Positions 18,574-29,157 are shown, numbered from the stretch's first letter. The stretch is 58,434 nucleotides of DNA from a virus (IMGVR_UViG_3300035193_000026:1-58434), one strand, 5' to 3'. A program made the numbers and translations. The notes: a model not told the origin generated them from the sequence alone.

Positions 18574-21500
18574 AGATATAATTATATCGCCTAGTTCATT
18601 TCATGCGCCCAGGGTAATTCAGGTAGGTGATGGTTTATCTATTAATGAGATAGTTAATCAGTGTCATCCAGAGTATGCTAATTCACTGATGATTGAAATT
18701 AATGGCATCCCAATAACTAAGGATAAATGGAATATCAAACCGGATATAAATGATCATGTCCTAATATATGCTCCGATTATGGGAGGTGGAGGAGGTAAGA
18801 AGAATCCTTTGAGGATAATATTAACCATTGCTATAATAGTTATAGCTGCATATACTCAGCAATGGTGGATAGCGAAAGGTTATTTAGGTGGTGCAGTAGG
18901 TGGAGCGGTAGCCGGGACTGCCGTAGCGACTGCGGGTATGTTATTAGTTAATGCTATAGCTCCGATTAATACTAATACATCTTTGCCGAATATATCGCAG
19001 GATTCCTATAGTGAATCTCCTACATACTCTATTTCAGGCGGGTCGAATAGAACTAATCCTTGGGGTACAGTTCCCTTTAATCTTGGAGTTAACAGGGCTT
19101 ATCCTCCACTGGGGTCAGGTAGTTATACTGAGATAATAGATACTGTAGAAACAAAACAAAAATATATCCAACCTGAATATTCAGGGTATAACCCGTATCC
19201 TCCATATATGGAAAGCGGGTATGTCACATACAATGAGATCGTAGGAAGTGATGAGTATTTTAGGATATTAGTTATATGGGGGTATGGTCCCCTTGACATT
19301 TCAGATATAAAAATAAGGGATACTCTATTATCCTCATACTCAGATTACGATATAGAGACTAAAGAGGGATGGTCAACTGATACTGCAATAACCTTGTTCC
19401 CTACTCAGGTTAATCAAGAAACTGTCGGAGTTATATTGACTCAATCCGGAGGGATAGTACAAAGAACTGCGCCTGAAACTGATTGCGATGAACTATCAGT
19501 TGATTTGGCATTCCCGAATGGGTTGGTAGAGATTGAGGATGATGGTACAAGGACAAGTCATTCTGTAACGGTATTAATTCAATATAGAGAGGTAGGGGCG
19601 GGATCATGGACGACTCATGAAACGAAGGTTTTTACTGATAGAACTACCTCAGCTATTCGATATGGTACATCGTGGACTGTCGATAATACTAAAGAATATG
19701 AGATAGGTATAACCAGACAAACTGCGGATAGTGTTGATGATCAGATTATAGATGACGTATACTGGGTTAATCTAAGATGCACGACATGTGGAAATCCGAT
19801 CCAATCACCTTATCCTGTTGCAGCTACAGCGATTAAAATAAAAGCTACAGATCAGTTAAATGGTCCTATTAATACCATAAATGCTATCGTATCGTCATAT
19901 GCTCCTGTCTGGGATGATATTGGAGGGTCATGGAGTGTCGGAGAAAGTAATTATGAGATAACTCAAAACCCTGCTGCATTATATAGACATGTTTTAACTT
20001 GTGAGGCTAATGCTAAAGCAAGGACATTTACTCAAGTGGATAATGATGCGTTAGGTGAATGGTATGAATTTTGCGATACAAATGGATACAAGTTTAATTA
20101 TTATAAAGATACCCAGTCATCAGTATGGGACATCTTATCTGATATAGCATCAGCAGGAAGGGCATCACCATCAATAGTCGAAGGATTATGGACTGTAGCT
20201 GTTGATACTGGGGATCAAGCATTAGTACAGCATATCACTCCACGTAATTCATGGGGATTTAGTTCTGAAAAAGTTCTATTTGATCCTCCGCATGCTTTTA
20301 GAATTAGATTCGTAAATGAAGATAACGATTACGCATGGGATGAAAGAATTGTATATGATGACGGATATAATTATGGAAATGCAACCTTATTTGAATCTAT
20401 TACTCTTACTGGAATAACTGACCCTGATTTAATATGGAAATTTGGTCGATTCCATATCGCTCAAGCACGATTACGACCTGAAGTTTATACACTTAATATG
20501 GACTTTGAGCATCTTGTTTGTAATAGAGGCAGTAAGGTAAGGGTGTCTCATGACGTACCATTGTGGGGTGTAGGGTCAGGACGTGTTAAAACATTGACAT
20601 TAAATGGTCCAGCTACACATATTACTCATGTCACACTCGATGAATATGTCACAATGGAATCCGGCAACACATATGTATGTAGATTCAGATTAGCATCCGG
20701 AGATACATTGATAGAAAGTATTGTCCTTGATGTAGGAGAAACCAATACTTTAGAGTTTACAACCCCCGTATTAATCGCATCCGGTCCTGAAACTGGCGAT
20801 TTAGCTATGTTTGGGATTACTGATCTTGAGACTGTTGAATTGTTAGTTACATCTATTACAAGATCAACAGACTTAACTGCTCAATTACAGTTAGTTGATT
20901 TTGCTGAAGATATCTATGATGCTGATACAGGGGAAATCCCTGCATTTAATCCCAGCATGACATTACCTACTAATGTTACCCTAATCCCTCCCGACCCTCC
21001 AACTATAGATGATGTTTCAACTGGACTTGATGTGTCAACGATAAGTGGAGGTGGTTCAGTATCAACTATAAATGTTTATTTAACTGCGCCTGAAAATGCC
21101 ATTAGAATACGAGGTTACAGGGTAAGATATAGACTCGTCGATGAAACTGTATGGACATACACACTGGAATCAAGATCCTTGACTATCCCAATTTATCCTG
21201 TATCTGATCAACAGTCCTATGAGATACAAGCTCAATCAATCTCGGTTTATGGGATAGAATCTCAGTGGACATCTGTTGAAACTGGATCATCTGATATGCC
21301 TCAAATAGTTCCCGACTCTGCAACGGGAATATCATCAGCTATGCTAGCACCTGGTGGAGCTTATGATTATGGTGCAATATTGGTTACATTTACGCCTCCC
21401 GATCCTCCGGGAGTTTATGCGTATTCGGAAATCTATGCCTGTAATGATGATAGTACATATAGATATGTAGGACGTGACAGTACAGGTTCTTTTGTAATTA

Positions 21501-24064
21501 ACAAATTAGGTTCTTTATATAAAGTAGGAGATACGTGTTATATAAAACTGAGGAGCGTATCAAAATATGAAATAAGGGAGCCTTTACCGGGTTCTGCTGA
21601 TACCTCAGTTGTAGTGCAAGCTACTATAAAAATAGCATCTTTTTATTTCGGATTATATGATCAATGGGCTGGGAATGCTTCAATCGGTCATGCTGATACT
21701 AAAATTGTTATTGGTAATCTTGATGGTACTCCTCAGGTTAAGTTAGGTCCGAGTGCAGATTCCATTACATTTGCAGGGACACAAACAGGAGCGTTTATTG
21801 ATGGTGACGGATATTTCAGAGTTGGAAGCTCTACTTATGGGATGTCTTTTAATGCCTCAACAGGGGTACTTCACGCGGATAAATTAAAAGTAGGGTCTGG
21901 AACTTATATCGATATTGATGGAGGAAATGCGCGTATACGCAGTTCTAATTATGTATCGGGATATTTTGGTGCAGGGTTTACGCTTGAACCCGACTTGCTT
22001 GAAGTAGGAAATGTCGCAGTACGTGGAATAATAAGAACATCTGTATTTCAGTATGATTCAATATCTGCTCATGGTGGATCAAGAGTTTTAGCTTATGGTG
22101 CAGATGTGTTAGCCGCTGATATGACAGCCCTGGATGCCTCAACATTAACTATTGAGGGAAATGAAACATGGTCAGTTGGGGATATCTTGCGAATCAAAGA
22201 GGACACAGACGATGAGTGGTTGACAATAACGAATACTGGCTCTGCGCCTACATACTCAGTTACAAGAGATGAGGCAGGAAACTATGGAGCTGATAGTAAC
22301 CCTGCATGGACGAAGGGAGCTGCGGTTGTTAATTATGGTCAATCAGGAGACGGAGGTATTTATGAGACTGCATCCGAAATAAACGCACCTTATCAGAGTA
22401 TTTATATTCATTCTGGATCGCCTTGGTCAAGCATAACAACATTAATCAGGGAAGGCAATTTAAACGGTTATGCAGGTTATACTTCTGATCTTTATGGATG
22501 GGCTGCATACATTGACGCTGATAATTACATAACAATTGATCCTACAAATGGGATCAGCATGTCTGGATCAATCTCGATATCTTCTTTTAATCAACTCCCT
22601 TCAGATGAAAACCTTGTCGCCGATTGGTCATTTGATGATGGATCAGGAACACTTGCAATAGATAACAGCGGCAATGGTATAAATGTTACATTATATAATG
22701 CGCCTACGTGGGTAAATGGAATATCAGGTAAAGCTCTTAGTTTTACCTCAGCTTCTAATCAATATGGTGTGGCTACTGATAATTTATCATTTATAAATTT
22801 TGACAGCTCAGATGAATTTTCCATTTCAGGATGGTTTAAAACGACATCGTTTGCATCTACTCAAACATTGATAAGTAGATTAGCTGCTGGTCCCGAATAT
22901 ACAGGGTATTATCTATCTATTAATACGTCTGGGCAATTGGTATTTGGATTAATATCCGATGATAGCGCCAGTGATAGGTTAGATGTGAGAACGGGGGCGT
23001 TACTTACAGATACCCTTTACAAGTATTTAATAACGTATGATGGCAGTTTAGACGCTTCAGGTGTACACATATACATAGATACTGTTGATCAACTTGGATT
23101 AACAGTATTAAATGATAATTTGACAGGAAGCATTACAAATGTTGCCTCATTATATATAGGCGCAAGATTTGATGGAGAATATTATAATGGAATATTAGAC
23201 GAAACTAAAATTTATAATAAAATAATATCAGACTCCGAAGAAAAAGCCCTATACCTCAACCCTTCCGGTAATCAGAGCGCCACTGTAGGTGGTTTTGGAT
23301 ACAGCGGAGGATGGCATAATATAATAACAGCAAGTGGATCGGCTATTTATAATAACACTACTCTAAGGGCATTGTACGGAACTGAAATAGAGTTGTATGA
23401 TTCAGGAGGCACAAAAAAGGTTGATTTAAGTACTTCTGCTTTATATTTAGGGGACCAATCAAATGAACATTTAAAAGCAAGTTCAACAGGCATTGAGATA
23501 AAAGATGGCTCAACTGTGAATGCTTTATTTGGAACAACATCATACCTGGGAATACAAACAGATAACCATTTAAAGCTATATTCGACTGCAATTGAATTAA
23601 AAAATTCATCTACAGTATTAGCCTATTTTGATCAATACGGGTTTCATTCAGCTACCCAACCATCTTTTTTAGTTCATAACGCTTCATCTATTACTAATGT
23701 AACAGGTGATGGAACAACATACGCAATAGTTTGGCCTAATGAAGAATATGATCAAGGGTCTAATATATCATCTGGTGTATTTACAGCTCCCACATCTGGA
23801 ATATATATTTTTACAGCGAAGGTTAGAGCCAGCAATTTAAGTGTGGGGAATAGTGGATGGATTAGAATAGTAACATCAAATAGAATATTTTTAATGGATC
23901 TACCAACAACATTGGGTTCTACGTCTACATCATCACCTGTATTGACAACATTAGCTTATATGGATGCCTCTGATACTGCATATGTTGATATTCAAGTATC
24001 AGGTGGGACAAAAACTGTATATATTTTTGCTGGATCGACTTTCTCAGGGCAATTAGTGGCATAG
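18563..24064 (+). CDS. tail tip/host-specificity protein (gpI-gpJ-like fusion) with FN3, LamG and C1q-like domains
   Basis: Ubiquitin-like and hydrophobic N-terminus; NPA.LYR; WSFDDGSG...GILDE.KIYNK (LamG); FTAPTSGIYIFT (C1q-like). Confidence 0.9.
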   Translation: MTNKDIIISPSSFHAPRVIQVGDGLSINEIVNQCHPEYANSLMIEINGIPITKDKWNIKPDINDHVLIYAPIMGGGGGKKNPLRIILTIAIIVIAAYTQQWWIAKGYLGGAVGGAVAGTAVATAGMLLVNAIAPINTNTSLPNISQDSYSESPTYSISGGSNRTNPWGTVPFNLGVNRAYPPLGSGSYTEIIDTVETKQKYIQPEYSGYNPYPPYMESGYVTYNEIVGSDEYFRILVIWGYGPLDISDIKIRDTLLSSYSDYDIETKEGWSTDTAITLFPTQVNQETVGVILTQSGGIVQRTAPETDCDELSVDLAFPNGLVEIEDDGTRTSHSVTVLIQYREVGAGSWTTHETKVFTDRTTSAIRYGTSWTVDNTKEYEIGITRQTADSVDDQIIDDVYWVNLRCTTCGNPIQSPYPVAATAIKIKATDQLNGPINTINAIVSSYAPVWDDIGGSWSVGESNYEITQNPAALYRHVLTCEANAKARTFTQVDNDALGEWYEFCDTNGYKFNYYKDTQSSVWDILSDIASAGRASPSIVEGLWTVAVDTGDQALVQHITPRNSWGFSSEKVLFDPPHAFRIRFVNEDNDYAWDERIVYDDGYNYGNATLFESITLTGITDPDLIWKFGRFHIAQARLRPEVYTLNMDFEHLVCNRGSKVRVSHDVPLWGVGSGRVKTLTLNGPATHITHVTLDEYVTMESGNTYVCRFRLASGDTLIESIVLDVGETNTLEFTTPVLIASGPETGDLAMFGITDLETVELLVTSITRSTDLTAQLQLVDFAEDIYDADTGEIPAFNPSMTLPTNVTLIPPDPPTIDDVSTGLDVSTISGGGSVSTINVYLTAPENAIRIRGYRVRYRLVDETVWTYTLESRSLTIPIYPVSDQQSYEIQAQSISVYGIESQWTSVETGSSDMPQIVPDSATGISSAMLAPGGAYDYGAILVTFTPPDPPGVYAYSEIYACNDDSTYRYVGRDSTGSFVINKLGSLYKVGDTCYIKLRSVSKYEIREPLPGSADTSVVVQATIKIASFYFGLYDQWAGNASIGHADTKIVIGNLDGTPQVKLGPSADSITFAGTQTGAFIDGDGYFRVGSSTYGMSFNASTGVLHADKLKVGSGTYIDIDGGNARIRSSNYVSGYFGAGFTLEPDLLEVGNVAVRGIIRTSVFQYDSISAHGGSRVLAYGADVLAADMTALDASTLTIEGNETWSVGDILRIKEDTDDEWLTITNTGSAPTYSVTRDEAGNYGADSNPAWTKGAAVVNYGQSGDGGIYETASEINAPYQSIYIHSGSPWSSITTLIREGNLNGYAGYTSDLYGWAAYIDADNYITIDPTNGISMSGSISISSFNQLPSDENLVADWSFDDGSGTLAIDNSGNGINVTLYNAPTWVNGISGKALSFTSASNQYGVATDNLSFINFDSSDEFSISGWFKTTSFASTQTLISRLAAGPEYTGYYLSINTSGQLVFGLISDDSASDRLDVRTGALLTDTLYKYLITYDGSLDASGVHIYIDTVDQLGLTVLNDNLTGSITNVASLYIGARFDGEYYNGILDETKIYNKIISDSEEKALYLNPSGNQSATVGGFGYSGGWHNIITASGSAIYNNTTLRALYGTEIELYDSGGTKKVDLSTSALYLGDQSNEHLKASSTGIEIKDGSTVNALFGTTSYLGIQTDNHLKLYSTAIELKNSSTVLAYFDQYGFHSATQPSFLVHNASSITNVTGDGTTYAIVWPNEEYDQGSNISSGVFTAPTSGIYIFTAKVRASNLSVGNSGWIRIVTSNRIFLMDLPTTLGSTSTSSPVLTTLAYMDASDTAYVDIQVSGGTKTVYIFAGSTFSGQLVA

Positions 24065-24088
24065 ATAAAACTATGTTAGATGGTTCCA

Positions 24089-24427
24089 CTAAAAACGAAG
24101 TTTATAATCTAAATACCAATTTCGGCCTGCATTTAAAATCTGAATACCAGTAATGGTTTTTAATAATCCAGTGCGATATTTGGGAAAATGATCGGCAATA
24201 AGATAATATAGGTAAGTCGTTCCAATGAAATATGGGATCACAACATCTTCTTTATAGATAAGTGGATTTAGTTCATTATCTTCTTTAACTATTTGCCTTG
24301 TTTGGATGCAGTCAATAGTTTGGAGAGTGGCTACGGCCCCCATTAACATTTTATCTCTTTTATCCCAATTGGTGAAAGAGCATCCTGAAGATAAAAGAAG
24401 TATTAAAAATATAAGTATAGTTTTCAT
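24089..24427 (-). CDS. lipoprotein (moron; candidate superinfection exclusion)
   Basis: MKTILIFLILLLSSGC lipobox; antisense to tail genes; own promoter. Confidence 0.7.
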   Translation of the reverse strand: MKTILIFLILLLSSGCSFTNWDKRDKMLMGAVATLQTIDCIQTRQIVKEDNELNPLIYKEDVVIPYFIGTTYLYYLIADHFPKYRTGLLKTITGIQILNAGRNWYLDYKLRF

Positions 24428-24466
24428 GATATTCTCCCGGATATCAAAAAGGTTAGTAATGAATAA

Positions 24467-24495
24467 ATTTTAGAAAATTAGATCAATAAAGTCAA
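24467..24495 (-). promoter_or_regulatory. sigma70-type promoter of lipoprotein gene
   Basis: TTGACT-17nt-TAAAAT. Confidence 0.55.
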
Positions 24496-24557
24496 CATAA
24501 TAATTGACAAAATCGCTAATAAAATGATAAGATATTTTCTAAAAAGTATTATAATTT

Positions 24558-24590
24558 AAGCGAACGGGAGATTGCTTCTGTTCGCTTTTT
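24558..24590 (+). terminator. intrinsic terminator-like hairpin upstream of the 24610 gene
   Basis: AAGCGAACGGGAG/CTTCTGTTCGCTT stem followed by Ts. Confidence 0.55.
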
Positions 24591-24609
24591 ATTAAAAGGA
24601 GATAGGAAT

Positions 24610-25092
24610 ATGAAAAAAATAGTATACGGATTGATCTTTTTAATAATTTTGGGATTTTCTGGCATGCTTTATGCTGCTGATGCAATGACGGTTACGCCTA
24701 TACATGATTCATCTTCAAATTTAATAGTAGTTAAGATAGATTGGACTGATTCACCAAATTTAACCCTTGAATCTCAATCGACCGGAATAAACAATTTATT
24801 GGCTGGGTGGTATTGTTATGGAGCAGAAACAGTTCCCGGAAGTGGGGCAGCTCAGCCGGATAATTTATATGATATTGTGGTAACAAATGCGGCAGGTACA
24901 GACATATTTGACACTGCATTAACAAATAGAAGCAATACTGGCAATGAGACAGCTTTGACAGTATTTAATTCAGCTAAAGGCCCATTCCCAATCAAACCTA
25001 GAGGATTAAGTGATGCACTTACAATAACCATTACTGGTCAGACTACGGCTGCGGGAACAGGAACTATTTATCTCTATTTTGCGAGGTATTAA
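24610..25092 (+). CDS. exported beta-rich protein with Sec signal peptide
   Basis: MKKIVYGLIFLIILGFSGMLYA-A; Thr/Gly-rich mature part. Confidence 0.75.
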   Translation: MKKIVYGLIFLIILGFSGMLYAADAMTVTPIHDSSSNLIVVKIDWTDSPNLTLESQSTGINNLLAGWYCYGAETVPGSGAAQPDNLYDIVVTNAAGTDIFDTALTNRSNTGNETALTVFNSAKGPFPIKPRGLSDALTITITGQTTAAGTGTIYLYFARY

Positions 25093-25093
25093 A

Positions 25094-26362
25094 ATGAAGA
25101 AAATATACTCTTTAATTATAATACTTTTATTTTCGGCAAATGTTTTTGCTGGGCCTTATTATCCTGACAGTGGGGGTAGTGGCAATATTGCCACAGACAC
25201 AATATGGGATGTAGCCGGAGATACAGTATATGGCACTGGCTCCAATACATCGGCAAGATTGGCAGCAGGTACGGCTTACCAACTATATATGATGAATTCA
25301 GGCGCAACAGCTCCAGCATGGACATCAACACTAGGGGTAACCGGGACAAGGCTTACAAAAATATGGACTACAGATATCGAATCAACTAATATGGTTACTG
25401 TTGGGGGCAATTCCCTTGCCACGATATTTCAGGGGCTTGATGCAGACCTTACAACATGGGCAGGGATAACACCATCGGCTAATGTCCAGACATTTTTAGG
25501 CTATGCAGATTTCGCAGCTATGAAAACAGGGCTTGGATATTACACTTCCGGTGATTCTCCTGTATGGGGTTCTTTAATGACTATGGCTAATGGTGCTGAT
25601 TTTAGAGTAGCCACTACAACTGATGGTCACAAGTTTACTATCCCTGTATACGACAATACTTCAGCAGGATGGCAGGATTGTTTATCCTTTGTAAATGGAA
25701 CAACTGGAAACTTTGGGGTATTACTTGAAAGTGGATGTTCTCTGCTTGGGTTGTCTTCACTGGATCTTCCAGAGAGTACCGGAGATATTCTAACCACAGG
25801 AACACTATCAGGACTGACAAATGTGGTCACAATAGCCAAGACATCAGGATTCACAGAGGATGGTGGATCTGATAGTAATACAGTGGCTACTGATTCAGGT
25901 GAATCGCTTGTATCTGATGCCTATATTGGAATGGAAATATATAATATTACTGATGGATCAAGTTGTACAGTAACAGATAATGACGGCACTACATGGACTT
26001 GTGACGGGCTTGCAGGGGGAAGTGATCAATTATTTCAGGATGGTGATGTAATTGGACTAGGACCAGGACCACGACAGTCAGGAACGATGTTTTTTGTTAG
26101 TGGAGCGACTACGATTTATCACCCTGCAACAGTTGGATACATGGCTGGATATTTTGCCAATGGAGCTAATGTAATAAAGGTTGATGTAGGTTCTGCGGCG
26201 ATGACACTCAATTTCTCTGACGATGGGACATACACAGATCCAACAGCCGGAGTAAGTGTGGATGGGGATGGAACAAATGGAGACTTTATAATATTTCTTA
26301 ATCAATCTGCAACAGAAGCTCAAAGCCTTGGAGTAAATGGCTCATGGGCAACAGGAAGTTAA
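25094..26362 (+). CDS. tail-fibre-like protein with Sec signal peptide
   Basis: Start ATG 25094 behind GAGG; MKKIYSLIIILLFSANVFA-G; fibre-like GDTVYGTG...ARLAAGT...NSGATAPAW and LDADLTTWAG segments. Confidence 0.75.
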   Translation: MKKIYSLIIILLFSANVFAGPYYPDSGGSGNIATDTIWDVAGDTVYGTGSNTSARLAAGTAYQLYMMNSGATAPAWTSTLGVTGTRLTKIWTTDIESTNMVTVGGNSLATIFQGLDADLTTWAGITPSANVQTFLGYADFAAMKTGLGYYTSGDSPVWGSLMTMANGADFRVATTTDGHKFTIPVYDNTSAGWQDCLSFVNGTTGNFGVLLESGCSLLGLSSLDLPESTGDILTTGTLSGLTNVVTIAKTSGFTEDGGSDSNTVATDSGESLVSDAYIGMEIYNITDGSSCTVTDNDGTTWTCDGLAGGSDQLFQDGDVIGLGPGPRQSGTMFFVSGATTIYHPATVGYMAGYFANGANVIKVDVGSAAMTLNFSDDGTYTDPTAGVSVDGDGTNGDFIIFLNQSATEAQSLGVNGSWATGS

Positions 26363-26364
26363 TT

Positions 26365-27141
26365 ATGAATAGGCGAGAATTTATTAAGAAAACTTATCAA
26401 ATTGGTGGATTAGCTGCATTATATTCATTAGGATTGTCTCATAGTGATATCTTAGCTCAAGGCATTGGCTTAATGGGCGGAGGCGGTGGTTTTCAGGAAA
26501 CTGGTGATACATATTCTGACATAACAATGTTTTGGACATGTGAAACTGCATCATTTGGATCTAGTGACTATCCTACGAGTGGTGTAACTGCAACGTTTGG
26601 GAGTTTATCTGATCTTACTGCAGACGCCGCCATAATAGGATCATATGGCCTAGATTGCCCAACGACATTTGATGCAGCAACTATAACAGTAACGAATGAA
26701 GATCTTGTAAACGGGACAGAATCTAGGATTGGATTCTATTACTATATAAATACATGGGCCGATGCTAATATGCTTTTTAGGGTAGAAGAAGCTGGTGATA
26801 CCTATGTGCAGGGTGAGCTTACTGGTGGGGACGAAATATTGATGCGCTGGAGAGCAGGTACTAATCTTACATATAGTTCATCAGCAGCTAATTTATCATC
26901 ATCACAAACGTACTACATTGAATATGCTTGGAATCAAACAGCACCTTACCGAAAAATCTACGTTGATGGTGTAGAAGTTATGTCTAATACAGATGCTTTT
27001 ACTGCTATAACTCCAATTAAAATACTTTTAGGAAATTACTCATCAGCCTCATCTGATACTTATCAGGATAATATCATAATCTCTAATGATGGAACAAGAG
27101 ATTTAAATGCTATTAAAGCATTGGAGAGTTCACCAAAATGA
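26365..27141 (+). CDS. LamG/concanavalin-like protein with twin-arginine (Tat) signal
   Basis: MNRREFIKK, hydrophobic stretch, ILA-Q; YYIEYAW...KIYVDGVEV...DNIIIS. Confidence 0.7.
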   Translation: MNRREFIKKTYQIGGLAALYSLGLSHSDILAQGIGLMGGGGGFQETGDTYSDITMFWTCETASFGSSDYPTSGVTATFGSLSDLTADAAIIGSYGLDCPTTFDAATITVTNEDLVNGTESRIGFYYYINTWADANMLFRVEEAGDTYVQGELTGGDEILMRWRAGTNLTYSSSAANLSSSQTYYIEYAWNQTAPYRKIYVDGVEVMSNTDAFTAITPIKILLGNYSSASSDTYQDNIIISNDGTRDLNAIKALESSPK

Positions 27142-28697
27142 AATATTTAAAAACAATAATATTATTAATATTCAGTATAAATATCTATGTTAATGCTACT
27201 CCAACTATATCGAGTACATCAGGGACACTCACAGATGGTGAAAGTCTGACAATATCTGGTACCTTTGAAAGTAAAAGCACTCCTGCCCCGATAAAGTGGG
27301 ATAATTTTGAGTGGGGCACTGATGGAACAACTCTTGACAATGACTCTGTATCCCCTGAATGGGAAGGGGATACTCCATCTCAGACTGATTTCCCTGAAAT
27401 AGATACATCCCAAAAACATAGTGGAACACGGTCAGCGTATGTTGATATGATAGCTAATAATGGCGATTGTGCTTTCTATGATGTTGGAATATACTTCACT
27501 GGTGGTACTGAGCTATATGCGTCTTACTGGATTAGATATGACACAGCTACTGGTTCGGATTTAGAGGGACCAAGAGCTGATTTTTTTAAATTTAACCGTA
27601 TTAATAGTGGGTCAGATATATATGGCGGTTCACCTAGTTTACTTATAAATCTATACCCAAATTATGATTTTCCTGAAACCGGTCGTATTGAGGTTCATAA
27701 TTATTGGAATGGAACATATGATGGGCATACTTCCAACATTGGGAGATATTATAATAATGATATGCGTAAACAAGTTTGGCACAGGGTTGAAATGTATTTA
27801 AAATTATCCAATCCTGGTGGAACATATACTGGTTATATCCAGTGGTTTCTTGATGGTGTTGAGGTGAATACATATTGGGCTGGTAATTATGTAGATAGAC
27901 AATGGAATGAAATAACTGGAGATTATGATTATATCACAAAGGCAGCAGACTCTTCTAATATAATAGATACTTTTTCTATGCTGTTCGGGGGGTGTGGGTA
28001 TACGGAAACAGAAAGACCGTATCTTTGGCAAGACGATGTTTATGTTGATAACACAAGAGCTAGGGTGGAAATTGGAGATAATAGCGTATTTGAAAATTGT
28101 ACCCATAGAGAAGTGCAGATTCCTTCCGCATGGGCTACGGATGAGATAACAGTAACTGTAAATGAAGGTTCTTTTGATTATGAAAATTCTACATTTTACT
28201 TATTTGTGGTCGATTCTGACGGGAATGCAAGTGACGGCTATGAAATAGATGGTACTGACACAACCGCCCCAACTCTTTCAAATTTCACAATAGGAACAGA
28301 CGGCCTTATATGGACCTTTGCTTACAGCGAAGTAGTAACTGCTACAGATGACGGTGATATGTGTGATGGATATGGAATTGAAATGTCCGCAGCCGGAGTA
28401 TTGACCTTTGCCTATGATGGTGGAACAAGGGGTTCAGGTAGCACTTTTACTTGTACTGGAAGCGCAACTGTTAATCAAGGTGATACTATTGTAGATGGGT
28501 TAAACTACACCCAGGGGTCAATTGAGGATATTGCTGATACCCCAAATGCCCTTGATACAATTGAAGATCAAACAACAGGATTTACCAATGGCAGTTTGCA
28601 GGGTGCAGGTGCCCCTGCTACACAGGGAAGCATGACCGGGGGCGGGACGGGTGTAGCTACAGGTGATGGTGGATTAGGTGGTTTTTATGCGGATTAA
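27138..28697 (+). CDS. exported jelly-roll (polysaccharide-lyase/lectin-like) and Ig-like protein with Sec signal
   Basis: MKYLKTIILLIFSINIYVNA-T; WDNFE, ELYASYWIRY, WHRVEMYLK, W.DG, W.DDVYVD, DTTAPTL. Confidence 0.7.
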   Translation: MKYLKTIILLIFSINIYVNATPTISSTSGTLTDGESLTISGTFESKSTPAPIKWDNFEWGTDGTTLDNDSVSPEWEGDTPSQTDFPEIDTSQKHSGTRSAYVDMIANNGDCAFYDVGIYFTGGTELYASYWIRYDTATGSDLEGPRADFFKFNRINSGSDIYGGSPSLLINLYPNYDFPETGRIEVHNYWNGTYDGHTSNIGRYYNNDMRKQVWHRVEMYLKLSNPGGTYTGYIQWFLDGVEVNTYWAGNYVDRQWNEITGDYDYITKAADSSNIIDTFSMLFGGCGYTETERPYLWQDDVYVDNTRARVEIGDNSVFENCTHREVQIPSAWATDEITVTVNEGSFDYENSTFYLFVVDSDGNASDGYEIDGTDTTAPTLSNFTIGTDGLIWTFAYSEVVTATDDGDMCDGYGIEMSAAGVLTFAYDGGTRGSGSTFTCTGSATVNQGDTIVDGLNYTQGSIEDIADTPNALDTIEDQTTGFTNGSLQGAGAPATQGSMTGGGTGVATGDGGLGGFYAD

Positions 28698-28729
28698 CCT
28701 TTAACTAGAGGGTTGAAGAGAGGGATTGT

Positions 28730-29122
28730 ATGGGTACTGAATGCGGAGATAAAAAATGTCAGCAAAAGGCTGAAGACACACATGAAGAGGTATTTAACAA
28801 GCCGAGTGGATTAAAGGAGCGAATGATGAAGGTTGAAAGAAAGAAGATCCCATGGATAGCTTTAGTATGGATAGTTCCTGTGATTATTACTGTTTCAGGA
28901 ACTATATTCGGATTTATGTATACTTCGTATGCATCAAATGAAGGTAAACAGGACACTAAAATAGAGAAAATAGAAGGTGAAAATAGCTATCAAAAGATTG
29001 AAATAGCTGTTTTAAAAGATAGGACACAAAATATATTAACAGCTCAGAATGAAACAAATGAATTATTGAAACAACTTATTGAGCAAAACACTGAAACAAA
29101 AAAAGACAAGAAAGACAACTAA
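28730..29122 (+). CDS. single-TM coiled-coil protein, holin-like
   Basis: One TM segment followed by coiled coil; lysis-module position. Confidence 0.5.
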   Translation: MGTECGDKKCQQKAEDTHEEVFNKPSGLKERMMKVERKKIPWIALVWIVPVIITVSGTIFGFMYTSYASNEGKQDTKIEKIEGENSYQKIEIAVLKDRTQNILTAQNETNELLKQLIEQNTETKKDKKDN

Positions 29123-29128
29123 TAACTT

Positions 29129-29157
29129 GTAATTCACAACATCGTGGAGTAGAATAT
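29129..29157 (+). promoter_or_regulatory. sigma70-type promoter of the 29291 moron
   Basis: TTGTAA-17nt-TAGAAT. Confidence 0.5.

Noticed and set aside
23640-28697. Diversity-generating retroelement acting on fibre C-termini
   Set aside because: No reverse transcriptase ORF and no TR/VR repeat pair seen
2860-28956. Many minus-strand ORFs overlapping structural genes (for example 3536-3784, 7554-7934, 16271-16612)
   Set aside because: Antisense shadows of well-supported genes, without RBS or motifs; the lipoprotein at 24089-24427 is the exception
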